Source: Lingula anatina (taxonomy: Eukaryota; Animalia; Brachiopoda). Taken from it: a stretch of DNA of 64,000 nucleotides. Position 1 is the first letter of the stretch. Each line of letters begins with the position of its first letter. Positions 50,755 to 59,900 of this stretch are shown here, piece after piece. The stretch spans positions 14,198,768 through 14,262,767 of the forward strand of contig CM120644.1 in NCBI GenBank assembly GCA_051362555.1. The letters run 5' to 3'. The position numbers and the translations under genes were made by a program. Under the pieces are notes generated by a model. The model was given only the letters and a program-made list of their open reading frames with translations, was not told the origin of the DNA and did not search any database.

Positions 50755-52248
50755 ATGGAGCCTCTATGCTCAAATGAAATTGACAATAGTTGTGAGGAAA
50801 CACGGATTACACATATGGAAAACGAAATTAGACACTTGAACTCAAAATTTGAAGGACTATGTGAAAACGTTTATAAAATGACAGAAGGACTGCAGAAATT
50901 TCAAACAGAATTTATCTCATATATGAGGCGTGACAATCCATCCTTATTGGAAAATTCAGCTGCACCCTTGACTCATGCTCAGCAAGGACACATTGAGATA
51001 AATGATCCTCATGATGCCGATGCTCCACCTGTCTCTGTTACTTCAACGGAGTCTTCAACTCATGGTTTAGCTGAGCGAATAAGTTCAAATGCTGATTTTA
51101 TACCAGACCCGGGGCAACCAGTTGTCAGTGACCCAACCGTTCCAGCGTACCGTTATGGACGTCAGAATTATGATGCGAGAGGGCCACATCTACAATTCTG
51201 TGAGGATGTACCCAGATTTACTCCCACGCAAAGATCGCGGCCAGTGGACACTCCCCTGTATACTGACGAAAACCGACAACCACCTCCAACAGGTAGGTCA
51301 TTTCCCATATACAATGAGTCACACATTACCTGCCCCCAGCCGCCCACCCGTTTTCAATCATATGATGGAAGTACTAACTTCTATTCATATTACGTAAAAT
51401 TATGTTGCGTTGCTGAGAGCAAGGGATGGGGAGTCAAAGAAATCTATGAAATCATGATCACCTCACTAGAAGGTAAAGCCCTCGACGAGTTTGTAAAACT
51501 ACCTCCTAACGAAAGAATGCACCTACACAGTGTTGTGGATACCCTTATGAAATGTTTCGGAAAAACTGAAAATTCATCATTGGCGCGAACAGAACTGGCC
51601 GCTATAAAACAAAAAGAAAACGAAAGCTACGAAGAATTTGGCTCACGTGTGAGAATATTAGCGTTGTCTGCCTACCGTGGTACTGGCCTATTCAATCAAA
51701 TGGCCACTGAATCGTTTTTACGTGGGTGTTCAGATAAAGATTTAGTGGGAAAAGTGATGTGCATGAGACCTAGAACATTAGAAGAGGCGGTCGAAAATGC
51801 CCGTACGTGTGGAGCAAATATGCAAATTTTGGGGTTACGCAATGAAAATTGTAATAAGCAAGTGCGCAAAGTTATTTTTAAAGAACCCCAGTCTCCATGT
51901 ACAGATCACATTGAGCGTCAAAATCCACCAAATGTGACTCGCGTTCAGTTTTCACCTCGTAGCTCGAGTCCTAATCGGGCAAAATCATTTCAGTCGAATG
52001 ATGCAGAGCAGAGGTTGCAAAACATTGAATCCTCGTTGTTAGAATTGATTCAGTTATTCCGTCAGTCCGTGAACCAAACACAAAAGGACAATGACACTCA
52101 GTTTGGTACACCCCCTAGGGGCATCACAAGGTGCTATAATTGCCATGAAACGGGTCACATAAGCACAAATTGTCCCCAGAAAAACAGTGATTCGTTAAAC
52201 CGCAACAGGTCGCCTGTGCGGTCCAACAATCGACCTCAGCTGCAGTAG
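50755..52248 (+). CDS. gag: Gag polyprotein
   Basis: First ATG after the primer site (aacATGg, MEPLCSN). Capsid-like YDGSTNF..GW..LEGKA..QKENESYEEF..FLRG and CCHC knuckle CYNCHETGHISTNC. The ORF-track start at 50665 lies inside the LTR. Confidence 0.93.
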   Translation: MEPLCSNEIDNSCEETRITHMENEIRHLNSKFEGLCENVYKMTEGLQKFQTEFISYMRRDNPSLLENSAAPLTHAQQGHIEINDPHDADAPPVSVTSTESSTHGLAERISSNADFIPDPGQPVVSDPTVPAYRYGRQNYDARGPHLQFCEDVPRFTPTQRSRPVDTPLYTDENRQPPPTGRSFPIYNESHITCPQPPTRFQSYDGSTNFYSYYVKLCCVAESKGWGVKEIYEIMITSLEGKALDEFVKLPPNERMHLHSVVDTLMKCFGKTENSSLARTELAAIKQKENESYEEFGSRVRILALSAYRGTGLFNQMATESFLRGCSDKDLVGKVMCMRPRTLEEAVENARTCGANMQILGLRNENCNKQVRKVIFKEPQSPCTDHIERQNPPNVTRVQFSPRSSSPNRAKSFQSNDAEQRLQNIESSLLELIQLFRQSVNQTQKDNDTQFGTPPRGITRCYNCHETGHISTNCPQKNSDSLNRNRSPVRSNNRPQLQ

Positions 52249-55200
52249 GACCAAATCTGATCCCACACACCGTTTATTGTAATGGCATGGCCAAAGGCGA
52301 AAGTTTAGTGGTCCCCATACATGTCAATGGAATCAAAACTAACGCTGTTATCGACACGGCAGCGCAAGTGACCATAGTAAGTGACAAGCTGTTATCACAA
52401 ATTACTGGAGAAATTACTTACGGCGGGTACCATGACATAAAAGGTATACCGCAGATTAGCTTACGAGCAAGAGAAATAAAAGGCCTAAAATTGGCAATTG
52501 GTTCAGAAGTGTATGAATGGACAGCACTTGCAGCTCCTATCCCAGACAATGTTTTATTGGGTTTAGATTTCTTGAAAATGTTTGAGTGTAACATCTGTCT
52601 GGAAAACAATTTCATATCGTTGACCAGACCAGATTCTTCAGATAGAAGACGCAATAAAGTTCATGCCTCTATAAGAAAAGGTAGTGACAATTATTTAGTG
52701 GCAAATCGTGTTATTTTATCAAAGAAAGTTGCTGTTCCACCGCATTCTGAGAAGTTTGTTCAGGTTCCCTTTGTGGCGGAAAGGAACAAAACCTTTTTAC
52801 TCAACGCCCCTAAACATGATCAGAAGGGTCTTTCGGTGCCCTATGGGTTGATAAGCACCGATTTTACGGATGCTTGCCTCAGTTGTTCAATCGCTCTAAG
52901 GAATGAGACTGATAAGTCAATTACCTTAAAAGCAGGTCATGTGATGGGTGATTTGGAAGAGATTGAGCGTGTACTGGGATATCCTGAGAGTTTTGACAGT
53001 TCGAATGTGCACCAGTCTTTCTCGGTGTTCAAAGTTGATGTGAACTCTAACGATGTGGAGAATAATATTCCTGAACACGTGCGTGATTTGTGGAAACGAT
53101 CTAGTGAGGATTTGTCTGATGAGCAGTCTCTCAAATTAGGCAATCTTTTGATAAAATATGCCGATGTTTTTTCCAAATCTGAATTTGATATCGGTCATTT
53201 TACAAAGATTAAACATAGAATTGATACCAACGAAGCAAAGCCTATTAAACAAAGACTGAGACGCACACCTCTGGGTTTCGAGCAAGAGGAAAAGGCAACA
53301 TTAGATAAATTGTTAGCCGCTGACATTGTGCAACCCTCTTGTTCCGAATGGGCATCCTCTCCTGTTTTAGTGAGAAAAAAGGACGGCACTTTGAGATATT
53401 GCATAGATTTTCGTGCTTTAAATAAAGTGACCGTTAAGGATGTGTATCCACTACCGCAAATAGACGAATGCTTAGATGTTTTAGCGGGCACTCGGTATTT
53501 CAGCACTCTTGATATGAACTGTGCTTATTATCAGGTTGAAGTTGAGGAAAGCTCCCGGCCTAAAACCGCTTTTATGACCAAGTACGGTTTGTTTGAGTTT
53601 AAGAGACTACCGTTTGGTTTGACTAACAGCCCTGCTACTTTCATGCGAGCAGTCAATTCAGTTCTGCATGGTTTGACGTGGAGACAAGTACTCGCTTACT
53701 TGGATGATGTTGTTGTGCTTGGGAACAGTTTTGATGATTCTATAGCCAATATTGCACTGGTGTTGGATAGATTCAAAGAAAATGGATTGAAATTAAAACC
53801 ATCCAAGTGTTCATTACTCAAAAGGAGTGTTCTCTATTTGGGCAAATTGGTAGATGAGAATGGCATTGCTCCAAATCCTGACAGTATAAAAGCAGTTCAA
53901 CGTTGGCCACGTCCAAAATGTAAGAAAGATGTGGAAAGATTTCTTGGTCTAGTTAATTACCATAGAAGTCACATAAAATGTTTTGCTGCTATGTCTGGTA
54001 TACTGTATGATTTGACCAAAAACAAAAGTGTTTTTAATTGGACTAATGAACACGAAGTTGCATTCAATGACTTGAAACAGGCTTTGGTCCATAGTCCCGT
54101 GCTGAGCTTTCCAGACAGTGATGGTTTATTTATTTTAGACACGGACGCCAGTGATACTTGTATTGGAGCTGAGCTAATACAGGTGCAAAATGACACTGAA
54201 AAGGTCATTAGTTATGGCAGTTTTGCTCTCACTCCTAGTCAACGCCGTTATTGCACGACTAAAAAGGAGCTTTTAGCAGTAGTCCGATTTACTCGGCAGT
54301 ACAGGCACTATCTACTTGGTAGAAAGTTTGTAATAAGGACAGATCATTGCAGTTTGACTTGGATCATGCGTTTTAAATTGCTCAATGGTGTTTTAGCAAG
54401 GTGGATGGAGGAATTGGCCCAGTATGATTTCGAAATTCAGCACAGATCGGGAAAAAACCACAGTAATGCTGATTCATTGTCACGCATTCCTCTTCAGCAC
54501 AAAGACTGTTATTACTATGAAGACGGTTGTGATGTGACAAAGTTACCTTGTGGAGGCTGTCATCACTGTACCAGGCTTCATGAAGAATGGGACAGATTTA
54601 ATAAAGATGTCGATTACTTAGGGCCCCTGTCTCTAAGAAGCGTGAAAACTGTTACACCTGCCGTAGACCCACCTAGGGAAAATACTGGGAATGTTGAATT
54701 GTTTGCAAAGTATACAGCAAGTCAACTCAGAGAAGCCCAATTAAAAGATCCTCACTTATTAAAGGTGATAGGTTGGATTGAGGAAAATGTAAGTCCTTCT
54801 CAAGAGGAGTTGCAACTATGCTCGACAGCTGTGAAATTTTTATGGACAAACTTCAATTTGCTGTCCATGAAAGATGGTGTTTTATATTACAGCAGGTTTG
54901 ATAAAGGCTCTTTTAACCCTCTTTTGGTATTACCCAAAGAATTTCAACAGGAAGCCTTATCATTGTGTCATGACCCTGTTATTTCAGGTCATCAAGGGAT
55001 TGCTCGGACTCTTTCTAAGTTGAGACAAAGTGTATTTTGGTATGGAATGACTACCGACTGCAAACTGTATGTCAATTCATGTGTGGCCTGTGAAAAAAAT
55101 AAAAAGGCAAACAGGAAATTCAGAGCTGAATTGCAAAATTTCCATGCCGGTGCACCTTTAGAGAGAGTTCACATAGATATTTTAGGACCACTTACTCCCA

Positions 55201-56006
55201 GTAAATCAGGGAATAAGTACATTTTAGTTGTCGTGTGTCAGTTCACTAAATGGGTGGAAGCGTATCCATTAGCGGACCAAACTGCAGATACGGTTAGCAA
55301 AACATTGGTAAACAATTTCATTGCTAGGTTTGGTTGTCCAACTATCATACATTCCGACATGGGTGCCAATTTTACAAGTGAATTGTTTAGTAATGTTTGC
55401 AGTTTACTGTCCATTAATAAAACTCAAACCAGTCCGTACAGGCCGAGTTCGAATGGCGCCGTCGAGCGTCAGAATAGGACTATCATGCAGTGCATACGGT
55501 GTTATTTGGAAGGACAGGACAGTAATTGGGATGAACATTTATCTTTAATTACAAGCGCAATCAGGGCGGTCCCTAACAGACAAACAGGTCTGACCCCAAA
55601 CATGTTGATGTTTGGAAGGGAAACTAGACAGCCCATTGATTTTACGTTTGGTTTAAAATCTATTAAAGGAGATGTTGAACCAAATAGCTATGTCATGCAA
55701 TTAAAAGAGAAGCTAGAGAGCGTTCACGAGTTGGCCAGAAAATGTCTCGGCGAAAATTTAAAGACACAAAAAGCGTACTATGACGCAAATGCCAGACAGA
55801 CACAATATTGTAAAGGTGACCTAGTGTATAGATATAATAACATGTCAAAACCCGGTCGTTCAAAGAAATTACAGCCTGTATGGCTCGGTCCCTTCAAAAT
55901 TATTGAGGTGCTTTCTCCAATTTTGTATAAGATAAAAACAAAAAGAAAAGTTGTGGTGGTGCATCATGATCACTTAAAGCCCTGTAAGGGAAGGGGGGGG
56001 CCCTAA
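52191..56006 (+). CDS. pol: Pol polyprotein (aspartic protease, reverse transcriptase, RNase H, integrase), -1 frame relative to gag
   Basis: PR VIDTAA; RT WASSPVLVRKKDG..CIDFRALN, LPFGL and YLDD; RH DTDAS..KELLAVV..TDH; IN H-H-C-C, IDILGP, HSDMG, NGAVER and GPF. Frame is stop-free from 52191; first ATG at 52287. Confidence 0.97.
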   Translation, partial: FVKPQQVACAVQQSTSAAVGPNLIPHTVYCNGMAKGESLVVPIHVNGIKTNAVIDTAAQVTIVSDKLLSQITGEITYGGYHDIKGIPQISLRAREIKGLKLAIGSEVYEWTALAAPIPDNVLLGLDFLKMFECNICLENNFISLTRPDSSDRRRNKVHASIRKGSDNYLVANRVILSKKVAVPPHSEKFVQVPFVAERNKTFLLNAPKHDQKGLSVPYGLISTDFTDACLSCSIALRNETDKSITLKAGHVMGDLEEIERVLGYPESFDSSNVHQSFSVFKVDVNSNDVENNIPEHVRDLWKRSSEDLSDEQSLKLGNLLIKYADVFSKSEFDIGHFTKIKHRIDTNEAKPIKQRLRRTPLGFEQEEKATLDKLLAADIVQPSCSEWASSPVLVRKKDGTLRYCIDFRALNKVTVKDVYPLPQIDECLDVLAGTRYFSTLDMNCAYYQVEVEESSRPKTAFMTKYGLFEFKRLPFGLTNSPATFMRAVNSVLHGLTWRQVLAYLDDVVVLGNSFDDSIANIALVLDRFKENGLKLKPSKCSLLKRSVLYLGKLVDENGIAPNPDSIKAVQRWPRPKCKKDVERFLGLVNYHRSHIKCFAAMSGILYDLTKNKSVFNWTNEHEVAFNDLKQALVHSPVLSFPDSDGLFILDTDASDTCIGAELIQVQNDTEKVISYGSFALTPSQRRYCTTKKELLAVVRFTRQYRHYLLGRKFVIRTDHCSLTWIMRFKLLNGVLARWMEELAQYDFEIQHRSGKNHSNADSLSRIPLQHKDCYYYEDGCDVTKLPCGGCHHCTRLHEEWDRFNKDVDYLGPLSLRSVKTVTPAVDPPRENTGNVELFAKYTASQLREAQLKDPHLLKVIGWIEENVSPSQEELQLCSTAVKFLWTNFNLLSMKDGVLYYSRFDKGSFNPLLVLPKEFQQEALSLCHDPVISGHQGIARTLSKLRQSVFWYGMTTDCKLYVNSCVACEKNKKANRKFRAELQNFHAGAPLERVHIDILGPLTPSKSGNKYILVVVCQFTKWVEAYPLADQTADTVSKTLVNNFIARFGCPTIIHSDMGANFTSELFSNVCSLLSINKTQTSPYRPSSNGAVERQNRTIMQCIRCYLEGQDSNWDEHLSLITSAIRAVPNRQTGLTPNMLMFGRETRQPIDFTFGLKSIKGDVEPNSYVMQLKEKLESVHELARKCLGENLKTQKAYYDANARQTQYCKGDLVYRYNNMSKPGRSKKLQPVWLGPFKIIEVLSPILYKIKTKRKVVVVHHDHLKPCKGRGGP
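52194..52252 (+). promoter_or_regulatory. -1 ribosomal frameshift signal (G_TTA_AAC plus H-type pseudoknot)
   Basis: The pol frame opens right after TGA at 52188-52190. Slip heptamer 52194-52200; stem 1 aggtcg/cgacct; stem 2 ggtcc/ggacc. Confidence 0.8.
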
Positions 56007-56859
56007 AACCCTCCAAAGCTAAATGTGTGACTCCTCCTAATGTGGGTGATGACCAACCACAAGGTGATAGAACTGTCAAAGATGCTGTTGTTACGAGAAG
56101 TGGCAGAACAGTTATACCTCCAATACGTTATTGTTGAGATGAAGACTCAGAACTAATGAGGTTATTATTAACAGATGTGACAGCGATATCCACTATGTAC
56201 AATACGTTATGCCAAGGACAATTTACTGAGATAATGGGACATTTTCTGTGAACTCTATTGACTTTGAACCAAACATTGACTATGTTTTACATACATATAT
56301 TGGCTACATTATACTGAGCCTGTATTTGCATTCAATATTCCATTCATACAAGTGACACATTTATATGTCGTTCACTTTATCAAGGCATTCGTAAGTTGTA
56401 AATATTTTGAAGCTGTTTGGATGCACAGTACAATCGTATGAGTAAAGTGCATATGTGCCATGTTGATAATGCAGATTTAGCATAATTAGTAAAGTTCATA
56501 TGTGCCGTTTATGCAGTAATGCATGCACATTTATATTAAAAAAAATATGGGACTTGAAAGTATGCACTGTTTAACACAACATGTGGCCTTAGCTATAAGG
56601 AAATAATGTATTTATTTGTGCCGTTAATATGTAATGTATATGCACAATTATTATTTATTATGCACAAAAATAGATCTCATTATCATTAACTGTGCTGATG
56701 TAATGCATATTACACATATAACATTGTCATTTAAAGCAACGGCTGTTGATAAAGTGTAATCCGTATATGTCTGTTAAAGTTATTTCAACAATTATAATTA
56801 ATTCAGACTTTATCTTAATTATCAGTGGTTTATATATAATCATGTTCTGAAAATATGAT

Positions 56860-56868
56860 GGGGAGGAA
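56860..56868 (+). promoter_or_regulatory. Polypurine tract
   Basis: ggggaggaa immediately before the 3' LTR. Confidence 0.85.
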
Positions 56869-56981
56869 TGTAGTGTGTTAGTCTATGTATTGTTTACGCA
56901 TCACGCCAGGTGTCGCATGACACCTGGTACCATGTGACTTGACGCGGGAATCTTGATTGTAATAAAGCAGAACTCACAACA
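56869..56981 (+). repeat. 3' LTR (113 bp)
   Basis: Direct repeat of 50581-50693. Confidence 0.97.
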
Positions 56982-59900
56982 ACGTCTCCGATTTTTCCAA
57001 AAAGTGACGAAAATCAATCTACCACACCTGTCATTCATAAAAAATGTGGAAACGCGCCCGGGTCACTTCATCAAGGCCCCCAATTCTAGCTTTAAAGATG
57101 ATCCAAAAATAAGCTCTGAGAACAGAATCTGAGAGGGGGGGGGGGAGAGACAGAGTTTTTGCTCTATTTCTTCCTTAATGTTGACACCACCACTCTTCCA
57201 GCACTTTATTCTTACTACAAATGACCGAACACACCTACCTGACACTATAATGAAGAAAAAAAATTTTCATCCCTACCTGGCCAAAATTGAAGAAATCTCA
57301 CAGTGCCGGCACTGTTCAAAATCACTCAAAATCACCAAAAATCGACCCGTCTCCGATTTTTCCAAAAAGTGACGAAAATCAATCTACCACACCTGTCATT
57401 CATAAAAAATGTGGAAACGCGCCCGGGTCACTTCATCAAGGCCCCCAATTCTAGCTTTAAAGATGATCCAAAAATAAGCTCTGAGAACAGAATCTGAGAG
57501 GGGGGGGGGGAGAGACAGAGTTTTTGCTCTATTTCTTCCTTAATGTTGACACCACCACTCTTCCAGCACTTTATTCTTACTACAAATGACCGAACACACC
57601 TACCTGACACTATAATGAAGAAAAAAAATTTTCATCCCTACCTGGCCAAAATTGAAGAAATCTCACAGTGCCGGCACTGTTCAAAATCACTCAAAATCAC
57701 CAAAAATCGACCCGTCTCCGAATTTTCCAAAAAGTGACAAAAATCAATCTACCACACCTGTCATTCATAAAAAATGTGGAAACGCGCCCGGGTCACTTCA
57801 TCAAGGCCCCCAATTCTAGCTTTAAAGATGATCCAAAAATAAGCTCTGAGAACAGAATCTGAGAGGTGGGGGGGGGAGAGACAGAGTTTTTGCTCTATTT
57901 CTTCCTTAATGTTGACACCACCACTCTTCCAGCACTTTATTCTTACTACAAATGACCGAACACACCTACCTGACACTATAATGAAGAAAAAAAATTTTCA
58001 TCCCTACCTGGCCAAAATTGAAGAAATCTCACAGTGCCGGCACTGTTCAAAATCACTCAAAATCACCAAAAATCGACCCGTCTCCGATTTTTCCAAAAAG
58101 TGACGAAAATCAATCTACCACACCTGTCATTCATAAAAAATGTGGAAACGCGCCCGGGTCACTTCATCAAGGCCCCCAATTCTAGCTTTAAAGATGATCC
58201 AAAAATAAGCTCTGAGAACAGAATCTGAGAGGGGGGGGGAGAGACAGAGTTTTTGCTCTATTTCTTCCTTAATGTTGACACCACCACTCTTCCAGCACTT
58301 TATTCTTACTACAAATGACCGAACACACCTACCTGACACTATAATGAAGAAAAAAAATTTTCATCCCTACCTGGCCAAAATTGAAGAAATCTCACAGTGC
58401 CGGCACTGTTCAAAATCACTCAAAATCACCAAAAATCGACCCGTCTCCGATTTTTACAAAAAGTGACGAAAATCAATCTACCACACCTGTCATTCATAAA
58501 AAATGTGGAAACGCGCCCGGGTCACTTCATCAAGGCCCCCAATTCTAGCTTTAAAGATGATCCAAAAATAAGCTCTGAGAACAGAATCTGAGAGGGGGGG
58601 GGGGGGGGGAGAGACAGAGTTTTTGCTCTATTTCTTCCTTAATGTTGACACCACCACTCTTCCAGCACTTTATTCTTACTACAAATGACCGAACACACCT
58701 ACCTGACACTATAATGAAGAAAAAAAATTTTCATCCCTACCTGGCCAAAATTGAAGAAATCTCACAGTGCCGGCACTGTTCAAAATCACTCAAAATCACC
58801 AAAAATCGACCCGTCTCCGATTTTTCCAAAAAGTGACAAAAATCAATCTACCACACCTGTCATTCATAAAAAATGTGGAAACGCGCCCGGGTTACTTCAT
58901 CAAGGCCCCCAATTCTAGCTTTAAAGATGTTCCAAAAATAAGCTCTGAGAACAGAATCTGAGAGGTGGGGGGGGGGGGGGGGAGAGAGAGTTTTTGCTCT
59001 ATTTCTTCCTTAATGTTGACACCACCACTCTTCCAGCACTTTATTCTTACTACAAATGACCGAACACACCTACCTGACACTATAATGAAGAAAAAAAATT
59101 TTCATCCCTACCTGGCCAAAATTGAAGAAATCTCACAGTGCCGGCACTGTTCAAAATCACTCAAAATCACCAAAAATCGACCCGTCTCCGATTTTTCCAA
59201 AAAGTGACGAAAATCAATCTACCACACCTGTCATTCATAAAAAATGTGGAAACGCGCCCGGGTTACTTCATCAAGGCCCCCAATTCTAGCTTTAAAGATG
59301 TTCCAAAAATAAGCTCTGAGAACAGAATCTGAGAGGTGGGGGGGGGGGGGGGGAGAGACAGAGTTTTTGCTCTATTTCTTCCTTAATGTTGACACCACCA
59401 CTCTTCCAGCACTTTATTCTTACTACAAATGACCGAACACACCTACCTGACACTATAATGAAGAAAAAAAATTTTCATCCCTACCTGGCCAAAATTGAAG
59501 AAATCTCACAGTGCCGGCACTGTTCAAAATCACTCAAAATCACCAAAAATCGACCCGTCTCCGATTTTTCCAAAAAGTGACGAAAATCAATCTACCACAC
59601 CTGTCATTCATAAAAAATGTGGAAACGCGCCCGGGTCACTTCATCAAGGCCCCCAATTCTAGCTTTAAAGATGATCCAAAAATAAGCTCTGAGAACAGAA
59701 TCTGAGAGGGGGGGGGGAGAGACAGAGTTTTTGCTCTATTTCTTCCTTAATGTTGACACCACCACTCTTCCAGCACTTTATTCTTACTACAAATGACCGA
59801 ACACACCTACCTGACACTATAATGAAGAAAAAAATTTTCATCCCTACCTGGCCAAAATTGAAGAAATCTCACAGTGCCGGCACTGTTCAAAATCACTCAA

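Larger units (their letters stand above)
50581..56981 (+). mobile_element. Full-length Ty3/Gypsy LTR retrotransposon (6401 bp)
   Basis: Two TG...CA LTRs, ACGT duplication (50577-50580, 56982-56985), primer site, polypurine tract, gag, and pol in PR-RT-RH-IN order. Confidence 0.98.

Noticed and set aside
52418-55548. Short antisense and alternate-frame ORFs within pol
   Set aside because: Shadow ORFs of a long coding region with no motifs.
56007-56859. env-like third ORF or chromodomain in the Gypsy element
   Set aside because: No long ORF or aromatic-cage motif; only the short out-of-frame integrase tail is present.
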